Below are positions 31,755-43,266 of a DNA stretch of 64,000 nucleotides, in pieces. The notes under the pieces are model-generated. The model did not search any database, was not told the DNA's origin, and saw only the letters and a program-made list of their open reading frames with translations. The stretch is from Nitrospirota bacterium (lineage in GTDB: Bacteria > Nitrospirota > JACRHJ01), in the NCBI GenBank assembly GCA_963733375.1, contig CAVTDB010000025.1:87882-151881 (forward strand). The letters are read 5' to 3'. The translations under genes and the position numbers were made by a program. How positions within the stretch are numbered: the stretch's first letter is position 1; every line of letters begins with the position of its first letter.

Positions 31755-32543
31755 ATGTTAAGCAGCACATTCTCCATATTCCCCGGTATCGGCCCCCGCC
31801 TTGAGAGATATCTCTGGCGGACCGGCGTCCTCACTTGGGAAGACTTCCTCTCCTCCGATAAAATCGCTGGATTTTCCTGTCAGAGAAAGACCTTGCTGGA
31901 CGGCTACGTCCTGGACGCTTTATGCGCCTTAAGGGCTGGAAATATCCTGTATTTTCAGCCGCTTTTAGGCCCCGGCGGTCTCTGGCGGCTCTGGGACCTG
32001 CTTGGCGAAGACGCCCTGTGCATGGACATAGAGACGGACGGCAAAAACGCCGAGTCGGGCGAGGTCACGGTGGTCGGTTTTTATTCGAACGGCGAGTACC
32101 GGCCGTACGTCCTGGGCAGGAACTTGAACCGGGACGACATCCAGCGGGAGATCGAGGACGCGAAACTTCTCGTAACCTTTGCGGGCAGTACCTTCGATAT
32201 CCCTTATCTGAAGGCGTTTTATCCGGGGCTTCGGGTGGACGTGCCGCACCTGGACCTCTGCCCGGCCGGGCATAAAGCCGGGCTGAAGGGCGGCCTCAAG
32301 AAGGTGGAGAAGCTGGTGGGGATCGCCCGCCCGGACGAGGTGGAAGGCTTAGGCGGCTATCAGGCCGTCCTGCTCTGGCAGGCGCATATGCGCGGCAGGG
32401 AAGGGGCGCTTGAAACACTCGTCGCCTACAACCGCGAGGATACCGAGAACCTCCACACCCTGGCCTCGAAAATCTACGACATGCTTTTCTCGGTTTCGGG
32501 GCTTCCCGGGTTCGCGCCCGGCGCCCTGGTCAAATCCCCCTAA
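31755..32543 (+). CDS. RNase H-like (YprB family) exonuclease
   Basis: PGIGP, DIETDG, FDIPYL, HLDL, GGLKKVEK, YNREDT. Confidence 0.9.
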   Translation: MLSSTFSIFPGIGPRLERYLWRTGVLTWEDFLSSDKIAGFSCQRKTLLDGYVLDALCALRAGNILYFQPLLGPGGLWRLWDLLGEDALCMDIETDGKNAESGEVTVVGFYSNGEYRPYVLGRNLNRDDIQREIEDAKLLVTFAGSTFDIPYLKAFYPGLRVDVPHLDLCPAGHKAGLKGGLKKVEKLVGIARPDEVEGLGGYQAVLLWQAHMRGREGALETLVAYNREDTENLHTLASKIYDMLFSVSGLPGFAPGALVKSP

Positions 32544-32566
32544 CGATATCGGAGAATTTGCGTCAG

Positions 32567-33347
32567 ATGATAAAAAAGCTGTTTCTGCCTCTCATCTTCT
32601 CACTTATCCTCTTCCCGGCTTTGTCCCATGCCGGTGAAAAATCTTCCGCGTCCCCGCGCCGCCCCCGCCGCCTCCCATGAGCGAGAAGGCGCGGTTCGAC
32701 CATGCCCTCGGGCTGTACATGCAGGGCAAGCTTCGGCGGCGTCGGACGAGTTCCTTTCATACCTGAAGGACTTTCGCGAAGGCGAGCACGCCGACGACTC
32801 GCTTTACTGGCTGGGGAAGTACCGGGAACTGACCGGAAAATTCGGCGAGGCCGCGGTCATGCTGCGCCGTGCGATTAACGACTTCCCCGCGAGCGACATC
32901 GCCGCGTCCATACAGTTTGAGCTCGGGTACTGCCTGTACTCTCCGACAAAACCCGGACAGGGACCTGCCGAAGGCTTTCGCGGAGTTTATGAAGGTCCCC
33001 TCCTTGTATCAGGGCGACCCAGTCGTCCCCCAGTCATTATATTATGCGGCAAAGTGCCAGATGGGGCTTAGTGAATTCATGAAGGCGCGGGAAATTTTCG
33101 CGTCGTATTGCCGCGAAATTCCCCGATTCCCCGTATGCGGCCCCCGCCCTTTACAGCCTTGGCCAGATTTCTCTTACGGAAGGAAATTCGGACGAGGCCA
33201 AAGGCGCGTTCAAGACCCTCCTTGACCGTTATCCCGCCGGGCTGTATTCGAATGAAGCCGCCGCCGCGATAAGATCGGCCGCGAGCGCCGGTGAGAAAAA
33301 AGGGCTGGCGGCGGTCAAACTCTTCCCGCGACATCACGCTGAAATAA
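32567..33347 (+). CDS. Exported TPR protein (frameshifted)
   Basis: Signal peptide MIKKAVSA...; TPR-like ADDSLYWLG and SLYYAAKC fragments. Confidence 0.6.
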
Positions 33348-33356
33348 TCTTCTTCT

Positions 33357-34805
33357 ATGAAAAACCTCACGTTGACGGCCATTATTGCCTCATTCCTGAT
33401 ATCCTTTGCCTCCCCGGGGTTTGCCGACACCGCCTGGACGGCAGGCCCCTTTCCCTACGTCGCCCGCGGCCGCCCTGCCTGTCCCGCTTAAAAATCTCTC
33501 TTCCGTTACCCCTGCGCCTGCCAATGTACCCGGCGAAGGGACGCTGGTCTGCAACTGCGACCCGGCGGGCGCGGAGGTTTATCTGAACGGGATATCGATA
33601 GGCGAGGCCCCCTTGCGCAAGGAACACATCAAGGCAGGGGTCTATACCCTGACTTTCAAAAGCCCGGGATACGAGGACTCCACCGAGACAATAACCATCA
33701 AAAAAGGCGTGATCTTGACGATGGAAGAAAAAATGGCGCAGGCGCGGGGCAGCATAAAGCTGGACTCGGTCCCCCAGGGCGCGTCCGTGCTGCTTGACGG
33801 GAAGGCGGCGGGAGTTACGCCTGTAACGCTTACCCATGTTTCGGGCGGGAAGCATAAGATATCCTTCGAGAAGGATTACTTCGAGCCGTCGGAGCAATCC
33901 GGTGGATACCCTGCCCGGCGCGAGCAAGGAAATTCACGCCCAGCTCAAAAGACGGCTCCTGTTAATAAATATCGAAGGCGGGGCCGGGTCAGCGGCGCAG
34001 AAGGCCCTGGGCCAGCTTCAAGGGCTCGATATCATCCCGACCCCCATAGACACGCTTAAAGAGATTTTATGCTCGAGAGAACTGGACCCGGCGTCGCTTG
34101 AGTTCTTGAGCTGCATAAAAATGAAACTGGACCTGGAAGACTCCGCCGTCCTGGCCAGCCTGCTGGAGCAGGAGCGTTCGGAGCTTGCCCTGGCGATTTC
34201 CGAAAAACCGGACGGCGACGGAAAAGTAGTTACCTTATCCCTTTACTGCTCTCATTCGACGTTCCCGGACGTAATCAATATCCGCTGCAAGGACGAAAGC
34301 CAGCTGGAAGAGGGCCTGGGCCGGTTCATCAGCCAGTGGCAAGCTCAAGCCCTGGCCGACATGGATGGCGGCGGGGACGAAGGGGGGCAGCTCAGGCCGC
34401 GCCCGCCGAGTTGGCGAGGCCGCGCCCGAGGACAGTCAATATCTCTTCAACCTTGCGCTGGTGCTGGTCTCCGAGAAGCAGAGCCCGGACACCGGAGAAA
34501 AGATTACCCTTGGAAACGCTTATCTCCGGGCGGGTCAGTACGTTAAGGCGCTCAAGGCCTATCAGGAGGTAAAGCCGGAGCCCGGGCGCGGGATATGCCG
34601 GGGCACGGCGCTTTACCGCATGGCCCAGGCCTACGAGAAGATGGGCCTCTGGACGCAGGCCGCAAGCTCTTACAGGGAGCTCTGCATCCTTTATCCTGAC
34701 GCGACCCTTATCTCCTCAAAAGGCCCCAGGGCCGCCCCGCTCGCAAAAGAGCGGCTCAAGGCCCTTTACAACCTGGGGCTTGTAAAAGAGCGCTGGTGGC
34801 TGTAA
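33357..34805 (+). CDS. Exported PEGA-domain protein with C-terminal TPR-like region (frameshifted)
   Basis: Signal peptide; P.GAEVYLNG...G..P and P.GASVLLDG...G.TP PEGA repeats. Confidence 0.7.
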
Positions 34806-34892
34806 AACAGGCCCTTCCAACCAGCCACCCTCCCGGATAAAAATTAATTGATTAACTGCCGATGTTATGATAAATTTAACATTTTTGAGGGT

Positions 34893-34931
34893 TTCTGTCT
34901 TCGCTACCGCTCTGGACAGGTAAATCTTTTC
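34893..34931 (-). mobile_element. 36-bp CGAA-associated mini-element abutting the tRNA-Leu 5' end
   Basis: Reverse complement reads GAA-AAGATTTACCTGTCCAGAGCGGTAGCGAAGACA-GAA. Confidence 0.75.
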
Positions 34932-35014
34932 GCGAGAGTGGCGGAACTGGCAGACGCGCCGGACTTAGGATCCGGTGGGCAACCATGGGGGTTCAAGTCC
35001 CCCCTCTCGCACCA
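34932..35014 (+). tRNA. tRNA-Leu(TAG)
   Basis: GCGAGAG/CTCTCGC acceptor stem, CCGGA-CTTAGGA-TCCGG anticodon arm, GGTTCAAGTCC T-loop, encoded CCA. Confidence 0.97.
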
Positions 35015-35042
35015 TCCGGGCGCGCTCAAAGGCTGTAAACCT

Positions 35043-35135
35043 GTTACCTTTTTGGAAAAAGGTAACGCCAAAAACTTTTAGACTAAAACCCCGCTTTCTT
35101 TTGTGTTACTTTTCTTTCTCCGAAAGAAAAGTAAC
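35043..35135. repeat. AT-rich double-hairpin element, copy 4 (inverted)
   Basis: Reverse-complement arrangement of copies 1-3. Confidence 0.9.
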
Positions 35136-35164
35136 GATTTTCCAAACAGGAGACGATAACAAAA

Positions 35165-36460
35165 ATGAAATTCGAAGTCGAAGACCTTGGAGCTACGAAG
35201 AAACGCCTGAAGGTGGAGATATCCGCGGACGATGTCGAAAAAGCCCTGAACAAGGCCTACGCGGAATTAAATAAATCCGTCAAGATAGAGGGCTTCCGTC
35301 CGGGACATGCGCCCAAGGGGATACTGGAAAAACGCTACGGGAAGGGCGTCGAGGCGGACATGCTGGAAAAACTGATACCGGCGCATTACTTCCAGGCGGC
35401 CCAGGAGGCGGGTATAATCCCGGTGGACAACCCCAAGTTCGACGAAGGGAATTTCGAGATAAAGAAAGGCCAGCCTATTTCTTTTGTGGCTGAGGTGGAG
35501 GTCCGTCCGGAAATCGCGCTCTCTGAATACAAGGAGATAGAGGTCCCGGAAGAGGAGCTTACCGTCTCGGAGGAAGAAGTTTCCGAGGCGTTGGAAGAGC
35601 TGCGCGACGTGAATTCCACGCTGGAAACGCTTGTCGAGGACCGTCCGTCGGTGGACGGCGATTACGCCGTGATAGATTTCGAAGGCTTCGTCGGCGGCGC
35701 CCCCATACAAGGGGGAAAGGCGGAAAACTACGCGCTTAACTTAGGCTCCGGGAGCTTCATCCCCGGTTTCGAAGAACAGATAACCGGGATGAAAAAAGGG
35801 GATGAACGGGAGATTAAAGTCACTTTCCCCGAAAATTACAAGAACAGGGAACTGGCCGGAAAGGAAGCGGCTTTCAAGATAAAGCTGAGCGAGATAAAGA
35901 AGAAGGTCCTGCCGGCGCTGGACGACGATTTCGCGAAGGATACCCGGATCGCCTCGACCCTTGAAGAAATGAAGGCGGCGGTGCGTGAAGATATACTGGC
36001 GCACAAGCGCCGGGGCTTAATCGAGAAGCAGAAGGACAAGGTAATGGAGGAGCTTGGGAAGCGTAACGACTTCGAGCTTCCGGCCTCTTTGGTGGACAGG
36101 GAGTTCAAGGCGCTTCAGGCGAGGCACAGGCGCGAACTGCTCTCCTCCGGCATGAAGGCCGAGGAGGCCGGGGAGGAGATGAAGCGCTTCGAGGAGGAGG
36201 CCAAAAAAGCGGCCGCCGACCGTGTGAAAGTGTCCCTGGTGCTTGCGACTATATCGGACAGGGAAGGGATAATAATTTCCGACGCCGAGCTTGAGGTGGG
36301 AATACACAGGCTTGCCGCCCAGACGGGACAAAGCGCCAAGGATTTGAAGGAGTTATATCTTAGGCGGGAGGGCGGCCTGGAGGCCCTGAGAGGCATGCTG
36401 GGCGAGGAAAAGGTGCTGGAATTCGTGCTTTCCCAGACAAAAAAGGTTAAAGCGGCCTAG
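35165..36460 (+). CDS. tig: Trigger factor
   Basis: GFRPGHAP, IDFEG, FIPGFEEQ; synteny with clpP/clpX. Confidence 0.97.
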   Translation: MKFEVEDLGATKKRLKVEISADDVEKALNKAYAELNKSVKIEGFRPGHAPKGILEKRYGKGVEADMLEKLIPAHYFQAAQEAGIIPVDNPKFDEGNFEIKKGQPISFVAEVEVRPEIALSEYKEIEVPEEELTVSEEEVSEALEELRDVNSTLETLVEDRPSVDGDYAVIDFEGFVGGAPIQGGKAENYALNLGSGSFIPGFEEQITGMKKGDEREIKVTFPENYKNRELAGKEAAFKIKLSEIKKKVLPALDDDFAKDTRIASTLEEMKAAVREDILAHKRRGLIEKQKDKVMEELGKRNDFELPASLVDREFKALQARHRRELLSSGMKAEEAGEEMKRFEEEAKKAAADRVKVSLVLATISDREGIIISDAELEVGIHRLAAQTGQSAKDLKELYLRREGGLEALRGMLGEEKVLEFVLSQTKKVKAA

Positions 36461-36586
36461 ACCGGGTCCCCTGAAATTCTTTTTTTAAGGTAAAATTAAG
36501 TTGTGGGCGTTGCTTTTCCGCCTGAAATAGATTAGAATACATAGGAATTGCTTAAAGTAAATTCCGCTGATTTCCTGGAGGACTTA

Positions 36587-37186
36587 ATGCTCATCCCTTA
36601 CGTCATAGAGCAGACCGCACGCGGCGAGAGGGCCTACGATATCTATTCGCGCCTGCTCAAGGACAGGATAATATTCCTGGGCACCGCAATAGACGACGAC
36701 GTGGCCAACGCAATAATCGCCCAGCTCCTGTTCCTCGAAGCGGACGACCCGGACAAGGAAATACATCTGTACGTCAATAGCCCCGGCGGCGTCGTGACTG
36801 CCGGGCTCGCGATATTCGACACCATGAACTACGTCCGGGCCCCGGTTTCCACGATCTGCCTGGGCCAGGCCGCCAGCATGGGAGCGCTGCTTCTGGCGGC
36901 GGGCGAGAAGGGGCGGCGGTTCTCGCTCCCGAATTCGAGGATCATGATACACCAGCCCTCGGCGGGGTTCCAGGGCCAGGCGACGGACATCGACATCCAC
37001 GCAAGAGAGATACTGAGGATGAAAGAGGCCTTGAACCAGATACTCGCCAAGGCCACCGGACAGAGCCTTGAAAAGATCGCGGATGATACGGACCGGGACT
37101 TCTTCATGAGCGGGATTCAGGCCAAGGATTACGGCCTGATAGACGCCGTCATCGAGAGGCTGCCGGATACGCCGGCAAAGTTATAA
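36587..37186 (+). CDS. clpP: Clp protease proteolytic subunit
   Basis: [29 protein letters not shown]. Confidence 0.98.
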   Translation: MLIPYVIEQTARGERAYDIYSRLLKDRIIFLGTAIDDDVANAIIAQLLFLEADDPDKEIHLYVNSPGGVVTAGLAIFDTMNYVRAPVSTICLGQAASMGALLLAAGEKGRRFSLPNSRIMIHQPSAGFQGQATDIDIHAREILRMKEALNQILAKATGQSLEKIADDTDRDFFMSGIQAKDYGLIDAVIERLPDTPAKL

Positions 37187-37241
37187 CCCCCTTCGGGGGC
37201 AGCAGCACCCGCACTAAACGGCAGTAGGAGGTTCTTTACAA

Positions 37242-38498
37242 ATGGAGAAGAAAACCGAAAACGACAAGGCGGCGCACCACTGTTCTTTCTGCGGAAAGAG
37301 CCAGGACGAGGTCAAGAAGCTTATAGCGGGCCCGACCGTCTTCATTTGCGATGAGTGTATAGAGCTTTGCAACGACATTGTGGCGGAGGAATGGGACGAG
37401 GAGCGCGCCTCCGGAATGCCCAAACTCCCCAAGCCCGTGGAGATCAAGCGTTTCCTGGACGAGTACGTCATCGGCCAGGAGCGCGCCAAGAAGATACTCT
37501 CGGTCGCGGTCCACAACCACTACAAACGCATATCGACGCCTGTAACCGAACTGGACGACGTAGAGCTCCAGAAATCCAACATACTGCTTATCGGCCCCAC
37601 CGGCGTGGGCAAGACACTGCTCGCGCAGACCCTGGCCCGGATGCTGGATGTGCCTTTCACAATCGCGGACGCCACGACCTTGACCGAGGCCGGGTACGTC
37701 GGCGAGGACGTCGAGAACATAGTTTTAAAACTCCTCCAGGCGGCTGACTACGACGCCGAGCGCGCGCAGAGGGGCATCATCTATATCGACGAGATAGACA
37801 AGATATCGCGCAAGTCGGAGAACCCGTCCATCACCCGCGACGTATCCGGCGAAGGAGTACAGCAGGCGCTCCTGAAAATAATTGAAGGTACGGTCGCCTC
37901 AGTGCCCCCGCAAGGTGGTAGAAAACACCCGCACCAGGAGTTCATCCAGGTGGACACCTCCAACATCCTGTTCGTCTGCGGCGGCGCGTTCGTCGGCCTC
38001 GACAAGATAATAGAACACCGGGGCGGCGATAAAGTGATGGGCTTCGGCGCGGAAGTCCGCTCGAAAAAGGAGAAGGGAGTCGGCGAGGTCCTGGCCGCAG
38101 TCCAGCCCGAAGACCTTTTGAAGTTCGGCATGATACCGGAGTTCATAGGCAGGGTCCCCGTTCTCGCCACTTTAGTGGAGCTGGACGAGGAGGCTCTGGT
38201 CCGGATACTCACGGAGCCTAAGAACTCGCTCATCAAGCAGTACCAGAAGCTCCTGATGATGGAGGGCGTGAAGCTCAAGTTCACTGAAGGCGCGATGAAG
38301 GCCATAGCCAAGAAGGCCGTCACCCGCAAGACCGGCGCCCGCGGCCTTCGGGCGATACTGGAAGAGGTAATGCTCGACCTCATGTACGACGTGCCTTCCC
38401 AGCAGAACGTGAAGGAAGTCGTCATAAACGAAGAGGTAATCAACAGCCGCGAAGCCGCGATATTCCTCTACGAAAAAGAGGAAAAAGAGGCCTCCTAA
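37242..38498 (+). CDS. clpX: Clp protease ATPase subunit
   Basis: CSFCGK zinc finger, [22 protein letters not shown]. Confidence 0.98.
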   Translation: MEKKTENDKAAHHCSFCGKSQDEVKKLIAGPTVFICDECIELCNDIVAEEWDEERASGMPKLPKPVEIKRFLDEYVIGQERAKKILSVAVHNHYKRISTPVTELDDVELQKSNILLIGPTGVGKTLLAQTLARMLDVPFTIADATTLTEAGYVGEDVENIVLKLLQAADYDAERAQRGIIYIDEIDKISRKSENPSITRDVSGEGVQQALLKIIEGTVASVPPQGGRKHPHQEFIQVDTSNILFVCGGAFVGLDKIIEHRGGDKVMGFGAEVRSKKEKGVGEVLAAVQPEDLLKFGMIPEFIGRVPVLATLVELDEEALVRILTEPKNSLIKQYQKLLMMEGVKLKFTEGAMKAIAKKAVTRKTGARGLRAILEEVMLDLMYDVPSQQNVKEVVINEEVINSREAAIFLYEKEEKEAS

Positions 38499-38544
38499 AG
38501 GGGGCCGGATGGCCGGGCGGAGCGAGACCTGCTTAAAAGATAAT

Positions 38545-38572
38545 AAAAAGGCGGCCTGATGGCGCCTTTTTT
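38545..38572 (+). terminator. Intrinsic terminator after clpX
   Basis: AAAAAGGCG-GCCTGATGG-CGCCTTTTTT. Confidence 0.7.
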
Positions 38573-38689
38573 ATTTGGGCAACTGCTTGACGCCCAACCC
38601 GCCCCCTGCTAAACTCTATGCATATCAATCGGATAGTTACAGCAATTTTAGAATATGCCATAACGGCAAACAGATGCGAAGGGTAACCA

Positions 38690-39401
38690 TTGCGCATTAA
38701 ATTAAAGGCGCGCCGCGTTGAAACGAACGACGTGATGTCGTTCATTTTCGACTGGGCGGCCAACCGCTTGAATACAGCCCCGGGCAGTTCTTACATTATG
38801 AACTCGATACCCTCGCATTTCCCGATGAGCGCGGCAATCGCAGACATTTCACCATATCAAGCTCGCCCACCGAAGAAGGGATCGTGATGTTCACGACGAA
38901 AATCCGGGGCAGCGGTTTTAAGGAAACACTGCGGCAGGCGCCGATAGGATTTGAGCTCACCTGCGAATCTCCCGAGGGCGAATTTGTCTTGCGCGAGGGA
39001 GAAGCAAATAAGCGGCATGTCTTTATCGCCGGGGGAATAGGCGTAACGCCTTACCGTTCTATCTTGCGCTACAGGGCGGACACGCACGAGCCTCTTAGAC
39101 GCGCTCCTTTTGAACTTCAACCGTTCCTCAGCAGACATAGTGTTTCGCCGGGAACTGGAGGACATAGCGCGGCAGATGCCGACTTTTTCATTCGTTAACG
39201 TGCTCACGGAGCCGGAAGAAGGCTGGAAGGCCCGCGAGGGAAATTAGATGAAGCGGTACTTCGCGAGTGGACGCCTGACCCGCGATGGAGCGCTTTTCTG
39301 GGTGAGCGGCCCCCCGGGATGGTAGCGGGTGCAGGGAACTTCTCGGACAGATAGGCGTCGATAGCAAAAACATCCGCACCGAGAGATTCATGGGCTATTA
39401 A
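38690..39401 (+). pseudogene. FAD/NAD(P)-binding FNR-family oxidoreductase, multiply frameshifted (pseudogene or assembly error)
   Basis: FTISSSP, FIAGGIGVTPYRS and SGPPGMV fragments in different frames. Confidence 0.65.
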
Positions 39402-39422
39402 TTCAACCTGAAGGAGGACAGT

Positions 39423-39553
39423 ATGTGTTACACCTGTGGATGCGGCATGCCGGATAGATAGCATGGGCGATGCAAGGAATATCACCAATAAAACGTTCGA
39501 GGAAGGGCGCAATCCACGGACTGAGCACAAAAGAACCGTGCAAACCGATTTAG
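39423..39553 (+). CDS. Small Cys-rich protein (frameshifted; end uncertain)
   Basis: GGAGG RBS; MCYTCGCGMPD...MGDARNITNKTFEE. Confidence 0.5.
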
Positions 39554-39624
39554 GCCGTCGAGCCGGCCTTTTTATTCCCCCTTTTAATTTGACCTGAACC
39601 CCCTTTTAACTTAGAATATTTCCC

Positions 39625-42152
39625 ATGCCAGACATCGATAAGTACATCTCCCCCGAGGCGGCCCGGTACATGCGCCGCGCCATCGCCGAGGCTGGCGGAA
39701 ATGAGGTATTTTTCCTCTCGTCCTGCGGGGACGACCGCCGCGTATTCAAGGCCCAGGTAATCGCGCGCGGCGACGAGTCGTGCGTCCCGGCGCTTGCCCA
39801 GGGCGCGGCGGTGGGCGACGTGGTAATCCATAACCACCCCTCCGGCCTCCTCACCCCGTCCAAACCCGACATCGAGATAGCCGGGATGCTGGGCTCGCGC
39901 GGAGTCGGTTTCTTCATCGTAAATAACCCGGTGGACGAAGTATATGCCGTAGTCGAGCCATTCGCGCGCGAGTCGCTGAAACCAATCGACATAGACGCGG
40001 TGGAGGCGGCGCTCTCCGGGGGCGGGGCGTTATCCAAGGCAATGACCGGGCACGAGGCCAGGGCGGGCCAGGTGATGATGGCGCGTGAAGTCGCGCGTGC
40101 GTTCAACGAGGACAGGGTCGCGGCGCTGGAGGGCGGGACCGGCGTCGGCAAGAGCATGGCGTATCTTCGTCCCCGCGCTCCACTGGATAACAAAAAACCG
40201 GGAGCGGGTCGTGGTCTCCACCAACACGATAAACCTCCAGGAACAGCTAATAGGAAAGGACATCCCGCTCCTTGGCCGGACCGGGCTGGAGCCGTTCAAG
40301 GCGGTGCTGGTCAAGGGCCGGGGCAACTACCTCTGCCTGAGGAAGCTCGATATGGCCCTGGTTGATGGCGACTTCCTTCTGGAAGAGGTCGAGAAGGAGG
40401 ACCTCGAGGCGATATCCGAGTGGGCTCTCATGACCAAGGAAGGCTCCCGCTCCGACCTCTCCTTCATGCCGTCCGGGTCGCTATGGGAAAAACTGAATTC
40501 CGAGACGGATTCCTGCACAAGGCTCAAGTGCCGGCACTTCAGCCACTGCTTCTTCTTCCGCGCCAGGCGCGAGGCAGCAAGCGCGGACTTGCTGGTCGTA
40601 AACCACCATATCCTACTTGCCGACATCGCCATGCGCGCCGAGGGGGCTTCGGACACCGCAATACTGCCCGGCTACTCGCGGCTTATAATCGACGAGGGGC
40701 ATAACCTAGAGGACGGCGCGACGTCTTATTTCGGCGGCAGGATTACGAGGCTCGGCCTTTTGAAGACGCTCGGACGGCTGCACCACAAAAAAGACCGTGA
40801 GCGCGGCACGTTGCCGCTTATCGCGTCGCGGCTTGCGGTAAGGGGTAAGGCGGGCTCGCGCAAGGAGAAAGGCGAGGCCTGGAGGACGCTGATACGGGAC
40901 AGGATAGTCCTGGAGAAGGAGTCGGTGTCACTCAGGGTGAACGAGGCGTTCGACGAACTGTTCTACTTCATCTCCCGCGAGAGCGAAAGCCCCGGCGGCG
41001 AGGTCAAGATACGCCTCACGGACGAGATCGAGGCGCGTCACCGGCTGGGAGTCCGTCGAAGGCGGGTTCAGCCGCTTGGGGACGGAGTTGGCAAACCTCA
41101 CGCGCTCGCTGAATTCTCTTGTGCAAGGAGCTGAAGGACGAAAGCCTGGGAGACAAGATAGACGAGCCGTTAATCGAGCTTAAGTCCTTGAGCGAGAGGC
41201 TGGAGGCCGCGAACACGGAACTGGACAACCTGCTCCGGGGCAAAGACGACGGCCTCGTGCGCTGGGCGGAGGCCCCGGCCAGAAAGACCGGGCGGGTAAT
41301 CGCGCTGTGCGGCTCTCCGCTTAAACGTCGCGGCCGAGATAAAGTCCCGGATATACGACAGGCTTAAAACGGTAGTGATAACCTCCGCGACTCTTACGGT
41401 TAAGAAAAAATTCAACTTCTTAAACCGGCGCATCGGGCTTGATTTAATACCCGGCGACAGGGTCATCGAGGGGGTATACCCCTCTCCTTTCGACTATCGC
41501 AACCAGGTAATTATCTGCATCCCAAGAGACATCCCGGAGCCGGGCGCGAAGGAGTTTGCGCGCGGCGCTTTCCGCTTTGGTCCGGGAGTCGCTGGACATT
41601 TCGCGCGGCCGGGCGTTCGTGCTGTTCACGTCTTTCCGGATGCTGGAGGGCGCGTACCGGGAGCTGGAGCCGTTCATGCTTGCCGCCGGGATAAAAGGGC
41701 TTAAGCAGGGAGACGCCCCCCGCCACAGGCTGCTGGAAGACTTCCGTACGCACCCCTCCGCCGCGCTCTTCGGCACGGACAGCTTCTGGGAGGGAGTGGA
41801 CGTAACCGGGGAGGCGCTCTCAAATGTTATAATTACAAAGCTCCCGTTCTCCGTCCCGGACGAGCCCGTGATACAGGCGAGGCAGGAAGAGATAGAGGCG
41901 CGGGGCGGCAACCCGTTCATGGAGTACATCGTGCCGCAGGCGGTGATAAAGTTCCGCCAGGGCTTCGGGCGGCTCATCCGGAGCAATACGGACCGGGGCT
42001 CCATCATGGTGTTCGACCGGCGCATCGTCGAGAAGAACTACGGGCGCGAGTTCCTGGAATCGCTCCCGGAGGGGCGTCTTGTCGCCGGGCCGTCGGCGGT
42101 GGTGTTCGAGAAGGCGCGCGAGTTTTTCGGCGTGCCGGTGGAAAGAGTATAA
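39625..42152 (+). CDS. DinG/YoaA-family helicase with N-terminal JAB/MPN-like domain (frameshifted)
   Basis: GGNEVF...IHNHPSG.L.PS..D; GTGVGKS; KGRGNYLC; IIDEGH; SFWEGVD; QGFGRLIR. Confidence 0.9.
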
Positions 42153-42156
42153 ACCT

Positions 42157-42244
42157 GTTACCTTTTTGTAAAAAGGTAACACCAAAAACTTTTAAACTTG
42201 TTTTCATGTCCGGCTTTCTTTTGGTTACTTTTCTTTCACCCGAA
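42157..42244. repeat. AT-rich double-hairpin element, copy 5 (inverted; second hairpin interrupted)
   Basis: GTTACCTTTTTGTAAAAAGGTAAC...GTTACTTTTCTTTCACCCGAA, then mini-element sequence. Confidence 0.85.
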
Positions 42245-42270
42245 ATGATTTACCTGTCAGAGCGAAGACA
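42242..42270 (+). mobile_element. Internally deleted copy of the 36-bp mini-element
   Basis: GAAATGATTTACCTGTCAGAGCGAAGACA. Confidence 0.7.
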
Positions 42271-42283
42271 TGACGGAGTAGCT

Positions 42284-42883
42284 ATGAACTCACTCGACCT
42301 TACCCTGCTTCTTATTATCGGCGTATCGCTCGCGGTCAGCACCTTCCGGGGGGCGGTACGCGAAATCTTCTCGCTCGGCGGCGTCATAGCCGGGTTCATC
42401 CTCGCGTCCCGGTTCTATGAAAAAACATCCGTGGGCGTGCTGCGGCTTACCTCATACCCGGAGATAAACAACATAATCAGCTTCCTGCTAATCTTCATCT
42501 TCGCCTCCGTCCTGATAAGCTTCATCGGCGGCATGTTCTCCCATGCCGTGAACAAATCGGGCTTCAAGGTATTAAATACGTTCTTGGGGACGTTCATCGG
42601 CGCGGTAAAAGGGGTGCTGATCGCCTCCCTCGTCCTGTACGCCCTGCTGGTCTTCTTCCCGGCTAACAGCAGCATGTTCCAGCACTCGAAGACTTTCCCG
42701 TATGCCGTCAAGTTCTCGAAAGCCATATCACCCATCGGCCCGGCGTTTTTCCGCGAGGAGTTAGACAAAAAACTGAACGAGACCAAGGGCCAACAAAAGA
42801 CCGTGCAGCCCCCCTCACCCCCCTCACCCCCCAAGGCCCCCCACCCCCAGCCACCCAAGAACCATACAAAAAAGAAAATTTAA
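42284..42883 (+). CDS. cvpA: CvpA-family membrane protein
   Basis: MNSLD...RGAVREIFSL...LG..IG.VKG. Confidence 0.88.
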   Translation: MNSLDLTLLLIIGVSLAVSTFRGAVREIFSLGGVIAGFILASRFYEKTSVGVLRLTSYPEINNIISFLLIFIFASVLISFIGGMFSHAVNKSGFKVLNTFLGTFIGAVKGVLIASLVLYALLVFFPANSSMFQHSKTFPYAVKFSKAISPIGPAFFREELDKKLNETKGQQKTVQPPSPPSPPKAPHPQPPKNHTKKKI

Positions 42884-42969
42884 TTGCGCCAACTCACCCC
42901 TTTGTGGTATATAAAGATTCCGGCAAGCGTTGAAAAAATGGGTGTAATAAAGGGCAAAGGAGGGGTGTT

Positions 42970-43218
42970 TTGGTCCTTACGTTATATGTCAACGACCCGA
43001 TGGGGACTCGGTGCCGAATAAACCTGGCGTCGGCGATGAAAGTCAAGGCGGAGTACCCGGTGGAGCTGCGGGTAGTGAAGAACGGTTCCGAGGAATACAA
43101 AAATGAAGAAAACCCGCCCCCCTGCCCTTCGATAAAGCTGGACGAGCGGGTCATCAAGGAATACGGCGTGATGACCCCGGAACAGATAACGGAGGAGCTG
43201 TTACACTCGCTGTACTAA
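42970..43218 (+). CDS. Small thioredoxin-fold-like protein
   Basis: GGAGG RBS; NDPMGTRC and PPPCPSI motifs. Confidence 0.65.
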   Translation: MVLTLYVNDPMGTRCRINLASAMKVKAEYPVELRVVKNGSEEYKNEENPPPCPSIKLDERVIKEYGVMTPEQITEELLHSLY

Positions 43219-43266
43219 AACAAGTAAAACCTTCCCGATAGCCGGTTTTCTGGTATTATTAAAGTT

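Noticed and set aside
34932-35165. Genomic island integrated at tRNA-Leu
   Set aside because: The tRNA is followed directly by tig-clpP-clpX; no integrase or duplicated tRNA 3' end was seen
42206-42283. N-terminal extensions of CvpA, PuuD-like and NadA ORFs in the ORF track
   Set aside because: They are translations of the AT-rich repeat; better RBS-linked starts lie downstream
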